NCBI GenBank assembly: GCA_002269645.1
Contig: NIVC01002443.1
Coordinates: forward strand, 1-64,000
From: Macrostomum lignano
Lineage: Eukaryota
DNA length: 64,000 nucleotides
Reading direction: 5' to 3'
Every line of letters begins with the position of its first letter. Positions within the stretch are counted from its first letter, which is position 1. Positions 24,146 to 37,029 of the stretch are shown here, in pieces. Made by a program: the position numbers and the translations under genes. The notes under the pieces are model-generated. The model did not search any database. It was given only the letters and a program-made list of their open reading frames with translations, and had not been told where the DNA came from.

Positions 24146-27100
24146 ATGCCTGCTACGCTCAGTAAATATTTATTTTCGCCACAATTTTCTGCTCTGGCCA
24201 GCACAGGCATGATTGGTCTGTACTTTGCCAATCAGATCCTGTCTGCTCGCAGGCGCAGGCGGAACCAGAAGAGCTTGCAAGAACTTGATGCCGTCCTGGC
24301 AGCTGGAGCTAACGATCCTCGCAAAGCATCAGAAGGTCGAGCCGCTAAAGCCTACGTTGATGCAGAGTTTTTCTCTCGTCTCAGTCGACTATTGAAAATT
24401 CTTGTACCCCGGCTGTTTAGCCCAGAAACATTCTACCTGCTGCTTGTGGCTGCCTGTCTAGTGGCCAGGACCTATCTTGATGTTTGGATGATTGCCAATG
24501 GTACCATGATTGAGAGCGCCATTATTGGCCGGAGCTTGTCTCTGTTTAAAACTTATCTATTTCGTTTTATCCTAATGATGCCATCAATGTCGCTTATTAA
24601 TAACTTTTTAAAGTTGGGCCTATCGGAGGTGAAGCTGCGCTTTCGTCATCGACTGACTGTTCACCTAATTAACAAGTGGATGCGCGGCTTCACCTATTAT
24701 CAGTTGGGCAATCTAGATAGCCGTATTGCTAATCCCGATCAGCTGATTGCTCAAGATGTTGACAAGCTGTGCGAATGCGTTGCAGATCTCTATAGTAACT
24801 TGAGCAAGCCTATTCTTGATATTGTTATCTACGCATTGAAGCTCACTAGCACTATTGGAGGCCACGCTCCGGCTTGTATGATTGGCTATTTAGTGCTCAC
24901 TGGCCTAGTGCTAACACGGTTGCGCCGTCCATTGGGCCGGATGACGGTTCGAGAGCAGCAGCTTGAAGGCGAGTTTCGCTACGTCAATAGTCGCGTGATT
25001 GCCGCAGCTGAGGAGGTGGCATTCTATCGGGGCCAATCGGCCGAACGGAGTACTCTGTTGAAGGCATTCAGCCTGTTGGTTGATCACCTTCGTGTGTGCA
25101 TCAATTTCCGCTTCCAAACTGGTCTGCTGGATAATATTCTAGCCAAGTATGTGGCTACTGTAGTTGGCTATCTTGTGGTTAGTTGGCCTTTCTTGAACTT
25201 GGCTAATCCTAGGTGAGTATTCAACTGTTTGTATAATCTGTTTCCGTGATCATGGATTCCATGATTTAGAAGATATATGATCGAAGAGTTCAGTCAGGCT
25301 TTTGTGCAATTTACACTTATGAGGTCCAACCCCAAGGCACAGAAAGTGTACATGCTAGACGATGCGAATGCCAGGGTCGCTGCATGTACACCCTGTGTAA
25401 GCGTGTGTATGAGTGCGTCAAGAGTCAGCATGTACACCCTGTGTGAGCGTGTGTATGATTGCGTCAAGAGTCGGCATGTACACCCTGTGTGAGCGTGTGT
25501 ATAAGTGCGTCAAGAGTCGGCATGTACACCCTGTGTGAGCGTGTGTATGATTGCGTCAAGAGTCGGCATGTACACTCTGTGTGAGCGTGTGTATGATTGC
25601 GTCAAGAGTCGGCATGTACACCCTGTGTGAGCGTGTGTATGATTGCGTCAAGAGTCGGCATGTACACCCTGTGTGAGCGTGTGTATGATTGCGTCAAGAG
25701 TCGGCATGTACACCCTGTGTGAGCGTGTGTGTGAGTGCGTCAAGAGTCAGCATGTACACCCTGTGTGAGCGTGTGTGTGAGTGCGTCAAGAGTCGGCAAA
25801 GATGGGAATGTCAGTTTGCCGCAAATCAATGCTCACTAAATCCTCAACACTGCAGATACTCCACCAGCTCCCACGCCGAGCTCCTAGAAGAGTACTACCA
25901 GAGCGGTCGAATGCTTGTCCGAATGGCCGAGGCTGTTGGCCGAGTTGTACTGTCCGGCCGAGAGCTGACACGTCTGGCCGGATTTACCGCCCGAATTCAC
26001 GAGTTGGACACAGTCTTGGACGAGGTGTCCAAGGGCCAGTTCCAGAGAGCCGCGGTGCGCACCGGGTCGCCTGCTGTCGCCTCTGTTGCTGCCGCCGCCG
26101 CTGCTGCAGCCTCGGCGAATGGCGATTCAACGAGTGAACAAGCTAAGCCTGCTGGTGAGTCAGGATTTGGAGTGAGGCAGTGAGTTATGATTGAGGTAGG
26201 GATGGAGTCAGGATCGGGATAGACAGTGAGTCAGGATTGGGATAGACAGTGAGTCAGGATTGGGGTAGACAGTGAGTCAGGATTGGGGTAGACAGTGAGT
26301 CAGGATTGGGGAAGACAGTGAGTCAGGATTGGGGTAGACAGTGAGTCAGGATTGGGGTAGACAGTGAGTCAGGATTGGGATAGACAGTGAGTCAGGATTG
26401 GGGAAGACAGTGAGTCAGGATTGGGGTAGACAGTGAGTCAGGATTGGGATAGACAGTGAGTCAGGATTGGGATAGACAGTGAGTCAGGATTGGGGTAGAC
26501 AGTGAGTCAGGATTGGGGTAGACAGTGAGTCAGGATTGGGATAGACAGTGAGTCAGGATTGGGGTAGACAGTGAGTCAGGATTGGGGTAGACAGTGAGTC
26601 AGGATTGGGGTAGACAGTGAGTCAGGATTGGGGTAGACAGTGAGTCAGGATTGGGGTAGACAGTGAGTCAGGATTATGTAGACAATGAGTCGCAATCCAG
26701 AATGTTATTAATTCACAAAAACTTACAATTAAAACTTCCACAATCAGTCGCAGTCACATAGCGGTGAACTTATAATCCCCCTTCAGGCATCCCAGTGTCT
26801 TCTAGCAGCGCTAATCTGCTCCTAAACACATTTGGTCAAGTGGTGGTCGCCGATCACATCATCAAATTCGAAGACGTGCCCTTAGTAACGCCAACGGGAG
26901 ACGTGCTAGTTGCCAAGCTGAATTTGGAGGTTCGCTCAGGTACCAACGTCATTGTTTGCGGCCCGAACGGTTGCGGCAAAAGCTCACTATTCCGCATTCT
27001 GGGCGGCCTGTGGCCGGTTCGCGGCGGCAGGCTGACTAAACCAGCTGATGGGAAACTGTTTTACATTCCGCAGAAGCCTTACATGCCATTGGGAAAGCTG

Positions 27101-27950
27101 AGAGACCAGGTTTGAATATTCACTTGAACTTTAAAAGTACACAAAATGAATTTTACATCATAAGCTCTAAAATTACATCTTGAACTCTTAAAAGTAGATT
27201 GTAAACTATTAAATTATAATGAATACTTAGAGAGTACGTCTGAACTCCAAAAGTACATGATTGATAATTAAAGTACATTTTGTTGAACCCTAAAAGTACA
27301 TGAGTGATTAAAGTACATCTTAAACTCTAATAGTACGTTATATATGATTAAATCACATTTTAAATTACTCAAATATATCTTATTGATGCCTTTAGTGCAT
27401 TGGCTGCTTTAAAACAGAGCCGATATTCCTAATTGATCATTTTATAGTAAAAGTACATTTGGTTCTAAAAGTACTTTCTGTAATTTAAATTCTAAAAAGT
27501 ACATAATGTTTTTCTCCTTTCACCTTGCCCACCCAGGTGATCTACCCGGACACCATCGAAGACATGCGCCGGAAGCGTCTAACAGACGAGCGCCTGTCCG
27601 AACTACTCGGCCACGTGCAGCTCGGCCACATTCTCACTCGAGAAGGCGGCTGGGACGCCATCGCCGACTGGGCTGACGTGCTGAGCGGCGGCGAGAAGCA
27701 GCGAATGGCCATGGCCAGGCTGTTCTATCACGCGCCCCAGTTCGCCATATTGGACGAGTGCACCTCGGCGGTGTCAGTTGACGTTGAAGCCGAGCTGTAC
27801 TCTTACTGCCGCAAGAACAACATCACCCTGTTCACCGTGAGCCACCGCAAGTCCCTCTGGCAGCATCACGAGTTCTTCATGCACATGGACGGCCGTGGAG
27901 AATTCAAATTCGGCCCAATCACGGACAACACCGAGGAGTTCGGGTCTTAG
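24146..27950 (+). CDS. ABCD3: Peroxisomal ABC half-transporter ABCD3 (PMP70), 700 aa, 4 exons
   Basis: Exons 24146-25212, 25856-26154, 26787-27109 and 27537-27950 have GT-AG ends and compatible phases (2103 nt). Motifs: [13 protein letters not shown]-like loop [16 protein letters not shown], Walker [10 protein letters not shown], signature LSGGEKQR, Walker [14 protein letters not shown] and the C-terminal EFGS match ABCD3 rather than ABCD1/2 (from recall of the family). Confidence 0.96.
25381..25796. repeat. 46-bp minisatellite in ABCD3 intron 1
   Basis: About 9 copies of CATGTACACCCTGTGTGAGCGTGTGTATGATTGCGTCAAGAGTCGG; period measured from 25507 to 25553. Confidence 0.95.
26214..26692. repeat. 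23-bp minisatellite in ABCD3 intron 2 (GACAGTGAGTCAGGATTGGGGTA)n
   Basis: About 20 copies. The unit shares GTGAGTCAGGATT with the intron's own 5' splice site at 26155. Confidence 0.95.
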
Positions 27951-28009
27951 AGTTTATTCGAATTTTTTATCTCCCCTTCTGTGTCTTTTTGTGTGAAAGG
28001 TGACTGTGT

Positions 28010-28539
28010 GTTTCCATAGCAACCGATTTTTTATTATTGGTAGCTTGTATGATGCTATTAATTCTATTTTGAAACAGCATTAATAGAATTAAAAAGGTAC
28101 CGTAGCAACCAAGGCTATTATGTCGTTACAAACGTCAAATTATTAATGCCATAGCAACAAAGTTTACATCGTTTCCATAGCAACAGGGGTAGAAACATGG
28201 CTTCCATAGCAACCAGGGTAGAAATACGGTTTCCATAGTAAAAAGGGTAGAAATATCGTCTCCCATAGCAACAAGGGTTAAGATGTGGTTTCTATAGCAA
28301 AAAAGGTTAGAAATATTGTTTTCATAGCAACAGGGGTAAAAATATCATTTCCATAGCAACAAGAGTAGAAATATTGTTTTCATAGCGACAAGGTTACAAA
28401 TATAGTTTCCATAGAGACGACAAGGTTAGAAATATCGTTTCCATAGCAACAAGGTTTGAACTGTGGTTTCTATTATAACTAAGACTTTTTACGTTTTATA
28501 ATTTGCATCTATGGTTTCAACCATGGTTTCCATAGCAAC
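28010..28539. promoter_or_regulatory. Tandem array of RFX X-box motifs (~29-30 bp period) just downstream of ABCD3
   Basis: GTTTCCATAGCAAC is exact at 28010, 28171, 28437 and 28526. Further matches to RTHNYY-WT-RRNRAC occur at 28318, 28347, 28376 and 28405, with near matches at 28200, 28229, 28258 and 28288. The motif is seen directly; regulatory function is inferred. Confidence 0.6.
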
Positions 28540-29162
28540 AGAAAAAATGCCATTGTTTTTCCTTTCATGAAGAACAATACCAAAAACAGTTTTGAACTAC
28601 GCTGTCAAAAGAAAGATAATTACTTTTTTCAAGTTTGCCTACTTTGTTTACATTAGCAACTACAGACAAAGTAAAGTGTAGCTTATATAATTCGCTTATA
28701 ATTTGTTTTATTGAATGTTGCAAACTCCCTGCTTTTTTACTGGTTTTACTATGCATTGCTAGTTCGATAAATCCAAATCGTTTTGCTTGATTGATTTCTT
28801 AATTTCACTCAAACTCTCAGCTCCAGATGACCGCTTGTTTGATTGAATACGGTATATTATAGTATGGAATCTGTAGTAATTACTATAGATATGAGCGTAT
28901 CGTATCTAAGCTATTGTAGGTCGGGTAAACCTTTAATTTAGTGGAAATCATCTTTTTCTCTTGCAAGCTTTCTGTGTTTGATGGCAACAGAGAAACATTA
29001 TTTACTAAAGTAGTAACAAGTAACAAAAATAAAATATCTGCACTTTTGTTTAACTGGAGCCACGGCTCATCTTTATTGAAGATTTTGATACGTTTCTTTT
29101 GTATCGACAAACTCGTTTGTTGCTGCAATTTTTGCGCTTTTACTTTTTTCCTGTAGTTACCA

Positions 29163-29930
29163 GCCTGCCAGATCCTCAGTTGCTGGGCCACCAGCCTCTC
29201 AGATCCTCAGTTGCTGGGCCACCAGCCTCTCAGATCCTCAGTTGCTGGGCCACCAGCCTCTCAGATCCTCAGTTGCTGGGCCACCAGCCTCTCAGATCCT
29301 CAGTTGCTGGGCCACCAGCCTCTCAGATCCTCAGTTGCTGGGCCAGTCTCCCAGAGCCTTAGTTTCTGGGCTAGCCTCCCAGATCCTCAGTTGCTGGGCC
29401 AGCCTCCCAGAGCCTCAGTTGCTGGGCCAGCCTCCCAGAGCCTCAGTTGCTGGGCCAGCCTCCCAGATCCTCAGTTGCTGGGCCAGCCTCCCAGATCCTC
29501 AGTTGTTGGGCCAGCCTCCCAGATCCTCAGTTGCTGGGCCAGCCTCCCAGATCCTCAGTTGCTGGGCCAGCCTCCCAGATCCTCAGTTGCTGGGCCAGCC
29601 TCCCAGATCCTCAGTTGCTGAGCCAGCCTCCCAGATCCTCAGTTGCTGAGCCAGCCTCCCAGAGTGTCAGTTGCTGGGCCAGCCTCCCAGAGCCTCAGTT
29701 GCTGAGCCAGCCTCCCAGAGTGTCAGTTGCTGGGCCAGCCTCCCAGAGCCTCAGTTGCTGAGCCAGCCTCCCAGAGTGTCAGTTGCTGGGCCAGCCTCCC
29801 AGAGCCTCAGTTGCTGAGCCAGCCTCCCAGAGTGTCAGTTGCTGGGCCAGCCTCCCAGAGCCTCAGTTGCTGAGCCAGCCTCCCAGAGTGTCAGTTGCTG
29901 GGCCAGCCTCCCAGAGCCTCAGTTGCTGAG
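29163..29930. repeat. 28/31-bp minisatellite (CAGATCCTCAGTTGCTGGGCC[ACC]AGCCTCC)n
   Basis: About 26 copies, with 31-bp units at the left end and 28-bp units to the right. Confidence 0.95.
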
Positions 29931-30748
29931 CTACCGCTCTTCTATATTCTTAGGTTTCTAGGAAACCAACCCTAGATAGAGGAATCTTGTGTTGACCTAA
30001 ATAAAGGCTGAAAAGCCCAAAAAATGTTCTCCAAGCCCGGCATTTTGAAGTCAAACTCAATCCAATCCCGTTAGTAGACATGTTATTATCTGTAACCAAC
30101 TGAACTGGCACAAGCAAGCGCTGAGTTCGTTTATTAGTGGTGTGAGTGTGGCCAGAGAACTTCTACTCTGGCGTTCGGGTCACCCGCCCTAATCGAGATT
30201 ATAAAGTCCGAAGTCTGGCTTTTAGAGCAATGGAAAAGTAAAAAATATATTCAGTCAAATTCTGGAATTTTAGGCTTGTATATATCTCGGAATGTCTAGT
30301 ATCCTACTTCAAGTAGTGTAATTATTTTTTATTGATTATTTTTCGATTATGTATGAAACAGTGTAGAGGCAGCTTGGCTATAGGAAAATTTGTGCCTCCA
30401 TGCCATTGGTTGAAGGATTTTTCAAATTGAAAGGCCGAAATTGATAGACCGGCCCTCCTCTAGAAGCAAGAGTTGCTGCTCACAATTTGCTGTAAATTCT
30501 ATCAACCATAGAGCTACTAGCTAAAAATTAATCAATCTGTAAATGTGTCAGCACATTGACAGCGACAATGTTCAACAGGAGATTGAGATGTGCGATCAAC
30601 AGCCTCAGCAGATGTTGTTGCAGCAGATTGTGAGTTTGTCATCTTTTAAAAACTATTATTTTGACATGCATGTATCTGGTTGCCTTGCTTTCTTACACTG
30701 CCGTCATTCTCTGATCCGTCTACGGGCTCGTTTGTCCTCTTGTATCAT

Positions 30749-31745
30749 TCCAATTGTGTCACTCTCTAATTGTATCACTTTCCAATTGTGTCACTCTCCA
30801 ACTGTGTCACTCTCCAATTGTGTCACTCTCCAATTGTGTCACTCTCCAACTGTGTCACTCTCCAACTGTGTCACTCTCTAATTGTATCACTTTCCAATTG
30901 TGTCACTCTCCAACTGTGTCACTCTCCAATTGTGTCACTCTCCAATTGTGTCACTCTCCAACTGTGTCACTCTCAAATTGTGTCACTCTCTAATTGTATC
31001 ACTTTCCAATTGTGTCACTCTTCAACTGTGTCACTCTCCAATTGTGTCACTCTCCAATTGTGTCACTCTCCAATTGTGTCACTCTCCAATTGTGTCACTC
31101 TAATTGTGTCACTCTCTAATTGTGTCACTCGATATTGTGTCACTTTCCAATTGTGTCACTCTCCAACTGTGTCACTCTCTAATTGTGTCACTCGATATTG
31201 TGTCACTTTCCAATTGTGTCACTTTCCAATTGTGTCACTCTCTAATTGTATCACTTTCCAATTGTGTCACTCTCCAATTGTGTCACTCTCCAATTGTGTC
31301 ACTCGATATTGTGTCACTTTCCAATTGTGTCACTCTCTAATTGTATCACTTTCCAATTGTGTCACTCTCCAACTGTGTCACTCTCTAATTGTGTCACTCG
31401 ATATCGTGTCACTTTCCAATTGTGTCACTCTCTAATTGTATCACTTTCCAATTGTGTCACTCTCCAACTGTGTCACTCTCTAATTGTGTCACTCGATATC
31501 GTGTCACTTTCCAATTGTGTCACTCTAATTGTATCACTTTCCAATTGTGTCACTCTCCAACTGTGTCACTCTCCAATTGTGTCACTCTCCAATTGTGTCA
31601 CTCCCCAATTGTGTCACTTTCCAATTGTGTCACTCTCCAATTGTGTCACTCTCCAATTGTGTCACTCTCCAATTGTGTCACTCCCCAATTGTGTCACTTT
31701 CCAATTGTGTCACTCTTCAATTGCGTCACTTTCCAATTGTGTCAC
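30749..31745. repeat. 16-bp minisatellite (CCAATTGTGTCACTCT)n with variants
   Basis: About 60 units are directly visible. The ORFs across it are repeat artefacts. Confidence 0.95.
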
Positions 31746-32344
31746 ATAAATTGTTGCTCTTAAAATGACACTCCGATCGTGTCACTCCCCACTTGTTTCA
31801 CCCTGTAACTTGTGTGTCACTCTCCGATTCCATCACTCGCGCTCCAGTTCCGTGCCAGCTGCAATGTCATCCGCCAGTTCAGACACGCACAGTGAGCCGC
31901 GCGGCTCTGTACAAATGAATTAATCATGCTCAGATTTCATTTTTTGCTGGATGAAGGAGAAGCTGTGTTGGATACGAGAGAGCTGAGCTTATGACAGTGC
32001 ATTGCTTGGCGCCGCGAATTAATTATCCTCCTAGCAAGATACCGACGGCATGTACCCTCATTCGTGTGCGCACACGACTTCGCATTAAATCTTGATGGAT
32101 GATGGCGGATAAAGTCTCCCAACCTTGCACATTTTTTAGGCAGCCGTGTTCTGGAGAACCGACCCACTGATTCGTGTAATTTACGCTAGTTTTGGGGCAG
32201 TTATGCTTATGGCTTCCTGTATAAAAGGCATTGGTTTATAGAGATTGTCACCTTTGATATTGATTGCTCACGCTGGGCTTGAGAGTGAGTTACTGGGACT
32301 ATTCATTACCAGAAGGACAGACAGACGCACGCACTAAGATAGGC

Positions 32345-32352
32345 AGACAGAT

Positions 32353-32409
<57 letters not shown>

Positions 32410-32547
32410 CTAAGACGCACGTACACTAAGACAGACAGACAGACAGACAGACACTAAGGACACTAAGACATTAAGACACTAATACATCAAGATGCACGTA
32501 CACCAAGATGGAGAGACAGACACTAAGACACTAAGACACGTACACTA

Positions 32548-32596
<49 letters not shown>

Positions 32597-32991
32597 CCAA
32601 GACACGTACACTAAGGCAGACAGACAGACACCAAGACACGTACACTAAGGCAGACAGACAGGCACCAAGACACGTACACTAAGGCAGACAGACAGGCACC
32701 AAGACACGTACACTAAGGCAGACAGACAGACACCAAGACACGTACACTAAGGCAGACAGACAGGCACCAAGACACGTACACTAAGGCAGACAGACAGACA
32801 CCAAGACACGTACACTAAGGCAGACAGACAGACACCAAGACACGTACACTAAGGCAGACAGACAGACACCAAGACACGTACACGAAGGCAGACAGACAGA
32901 CACCAAGACACGTACACTAAGGCAGACAGACAGGCACCAAGACACGTACACGAAGGCAGACAGACAGACACCAAGACACGTACACTAAGGC

Positions 32992-33024
<33 letters not shown>

Positions 33025-33652
33025 CCAAGACACGTACACGAAGGCAGACAGACAGACACCAAGACACGTACACTAAGGCAGACAGACAGGCACCAAGACA
33101 CGTACACTAAGGCAGACAGACAGGCACCAAGACACGTACACAAGACAGACAGACAGACACCAAGACACGTACACTAAGGCAGACAGACAGACACCAAGAC
33201 ACGTACACTAAGACAGACACTGAGACACCAAGACACGTACACTAAGACAGACAGACAGACACCAAGACACGTACACTAAGACAGACAGACACCAAGACAC
33301 GTACACTAAGGCAGACAGACAGACACCAAGACACGTACACTAAGGCAGACAGACAGACACCAAGACACGTACACTAAGGCAGACAGACAGGCACCAAGAC
33401 ACGTACACGAAGGCAGACAGACAGGCACCAAGACACGTACACTAAGGCAGACAGACAGGCACCAAGACACGTACACTAAGGCAGACAGACAGACACCAAG
33501 ACACGTACACTAAGGCAGACAGACAGACACCAAGACACGTACACTAAGGCAGACAGACAGACACCAAGACACGTACACTAAGGCAGACAGACAGACACCA
33601 AGACACGTACACGAAGGCAGACAGACAGACACCAAGACACGTACACTAAGGC

Positions 33653-33685
<33 letters not shown>

Positions 33686-35285
33686 CCAAGACACGTACAC
33701 TAAGGCAGACAGACAGACACCAAGACACGTACACTAAGGCAGACAGACAGGCACCAAGACACGTACACTAAGGCAGACAGACAGGCACCAAGACACGTAC
33801 ACTAAGGCAGACAGACAGACACCAAGACACGTACACTAAGGCAGACAGACAGGCACCAAGACACGTACACTAAGGCAGACAGACAGACACCAAGACACGT
33901 ACACTAAGGCAGACAGACAGACACCAAGACACGTACACTAAGGCAGACAGACAGACACCAAGACACGTACACTAAGGCAGACAGACAGACACCAAGACAC
34001 GTACACTAAGGCAGACAGACAGGCACCAAGACACGTACACTAAGGCAGACAGACAGGCACCAAGACACGTACACTAAGGCAGACAGACAGGCACCAAGAC
34101 ACGTACACTAAGGCAGACAGACAGACACCAAGACACGTACACGAAGGCAGACAGACAGACACCAAGACACGTACACTAAGGCAGACAGACAGGCACCAAG
34201 ACACGTACACTAAGGCAGACAGACAGGCACCAAGACACGTACACAAGACAGACAGACAGACACCAAGACACGTACACTAAGGCAGACAGACAGACACCAA
34301 GACACGTACACTAAGACAGACACTGAGACACCAAGACACGTACACTAAGACAGACAGACAGACACCAAGACACGTACACTAAGACAGACAGACACCAAGA
34401 CACGTACACTAAGGCAGACAGACAGACACCAAGACACGTACACTAAGGCAGACAGACAGACACCAAGACACGTACACTAAGGCAGACAGACAGGCACCAA
34501 GACACGTACACTAAGGCAGACAGACAGGCACCAAGACACGTACACTAAGGCAGACAGACAGGCACCAAGACACGTACACTAAGGCAGACAGACAGACACC
34601 AAGACACGTACACTAAGGCAGACAGACAGACACCAAGACACGTACACTAAGGCAGACAGACAGACACCAAGACACGTACACTAAGGCAGACAGACAGACA
34701 CCAAGACACGTACACGAAGGCAGACAGACAGACACCAAGACACGTACACTAAGGCAGACAGACAGACACCAAGACACGTACACTAAGGCAGACAGACAGA
34801 CACCAAGACACGTACACTAAGGCAGACAGACAGGCACCAAGACACGTACACTAAGGCAGACAGACAGGCACCAAGACACGTACACTAAGGCAGACAGACA
34901 GACACCAAGACACGTACACTAAGGCAGACAGACAGGCACCAAGACACGTACACTAAGGCAGACAGACAGGCACCAAGACACGTACACTAAGGCAGACAGA
35001 CAGGCACCAAGACACGTACACTAAGGCAGACAGACAGACACCAAGACACGTACACGAAGGCAGACAGACAGACACCAAGACACGTACACTAAGGCAGACA
35101 GACAGGCACCAAGACACGTACACTAAGGCAGACAGACAGGCACCAAGACACGTACACTAAGGCAGACAGACAGGCACCAAGACACGTACACTAAGGCAGA
35201 CAGACAGACACCAAGACACGTACACGAAGGCAGACAGACAGACACCAAGACACGTACACTAAGGCAGACAGACAGGCACCGGCAC
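32345..35285. repeat. 34-bp satellite (CACCAAGACACGTACACTAAGGCAGACAGACAGA)n grown from (GACA)n, about 2.9 kb
   Basis: Period is 34 bp. A diagnostic variant (CTGAGACACC) recurs at 33220 and 34323. Confidence 0.95.
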
Positions 35286-35804
35286 ACACAGGCAGATATA
35301 GATGTATGCAGATAGGTTAAGCTCACATGGACCTACTCAATTCACTCAATTCCAATACTTACATTCGAGCAGCACACATACCGCAAGGCCCCATAAGGCT
35401 TAGAGCTGGCTCTGAGAAACAGGGTGAAAAATCCTGACTCAGGCATAAAACTCTGTCACCATCATGCAGAGAGAGAGAGTCGACTCTGAGCACGATCTCT
35501 GACTCCCAGATCATTAATATCGAGTCTCTCTCTACATGATTTACTCTGCCTTATTCGTCGAGTACTAATGCCCTGCTCAGAGTTGGAGAAAAGTGCAGCG
35601 CGAACTCGGCCCTTTCTTCAGCTATTTTTCTTGCTTAATTAATAAGTTTTACAATCTTACACTTCCTTGATAAGAGCTGCATGATTTCTGATCTTATCTG
35701 ATCCTAAATAAGCTTAATTAATATGCAGTGACATTTATATTGCTTTACTAAGACACACAGCTACACAGCTTCAAACTAATTAAGGGTTCGCTCTCTAGAG
35801 GATA

Positions 35805-36525
35805 ATGAAGGTAGATATATATATCTGTAATTTCAGGTTAATGAAGGTAGATAGATATCTTCAGGTTCATGAAGGTAGAAATCTTCAGGTTCATGAAGGT
35901 AGATAGATATCTTCAGGTTCATGAAGGTAGAAATCTTCAGGTTCATGAAGGTAGATAGATATCTTCAGGTTCATGAAGGTAGTAATCTTCAGGTTCATGA
36001 AGGTAGATAGATATCTTCAGGTTCATGAAGGTAGAAATCTTCAGGTTCATGAAGGTAGATAGATATCTTCAGGTTCATGAAGGTAGAAATCTTCAGGTTC
36101 ATGAAGGTAGATAGATATCTTCAGGTTCATGAAGGTAGAAATCTTCAGGTTCATGAAGGTAGATAGATATCTTCAGGTTCATGAAGGTAGAAATCTTCAG
36201 GTTCATGAAGGTAGAAATCTTCAGGTTCATGAAGGTAGATAGATATCTTCAGGTTCATGAAGGTAGAAATCTTCAGGTTCATGAAGGTAGAAATCTTCAG
36301 GTTCATGAAGGTAGATGTCTTCAGGTTAATGAAGGTAGATGTCTTCAGGTTAATGAAGGTAGATAGATATCTTCAGGTTAATGAAGGTAGATGTCTTCAG
36401 GTTAATGAAGGTAGATAGATATCTGCAGGTTCATAAAGGTAGATAGATATCTTCAGGTTCATGAAGGTATATATCTTCAGGTTCACGAAGGTAGATGTCT
36501 TCAGGTTACTGAAGGTAGATATCTT
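35805..36525. repeat. 24/28-bp alternating minisatellite (TCTTCAGGTTCATGAAGGTAGATAGATA / ..GTAGAAA)
   Basis: About 26 monomers forming a 52-bp dimer period in the left part. Each monomer contains the inverted motif CTTCA..TGAAG. Confidence 0.95.
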
Positions 36526-37029
36526 CAAGCCAAAGACACTACCAGAATGACATGACATTAAGTGTCAATTTTATGACATTTTGACTCAGTTTAAAATCAA
36601 TAATTAATCCTCCGCTCCATCTATAGGGATTAAGCCCGCTCTTTAAACTCCCCCCTGAAGGTTGACACGAATCTGAAGTGCAGCTTCTGAAGCAACCAAA
36701 AGATTTTTTTAAATTTCTTCGGTCACTAAAGGATTCAATGAAGCAGGAGCAGAACCTTTTATACTCAAAGATCTTCTCTCCCAGTCTGCGTCTCTAGCTG
36801 ATCACTCGCTCATTTCGCTTGAGCCTCACTTTGGGCAACTAAGGCGTCACAATTAGGTTTAAAGTGGAACCCATTTAGTCCCAGAAGCTGGACGACAGAC
36901 TTGGCAGCCTGGAGACTTTTTTCTCTCGAATGTTGAAATGTCTCAGAAGAAATCTAATCAAGCTACAGTTAAGAATAAGATTCTTACGATTGCGCGTGTG
37001 TATCCAGTAGCTCTATTTTATCTGAGAAA

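Noticed and set aside
30543-30650. Plus-strand mini-exon MCQHIDSD..LLQQI followed by GTGAGT
   Set aside because: No downstream partner exon or homology was found.
29099-36366. Many overlapping repetitive ORFs (LGHQPLRSS.., VSLSNCVTL.., VCLSV.., MKVEIFRF..)
   Set aside because: They arise from minisatellites, are open in several frames at once, and have no flanking unique coding sequence.
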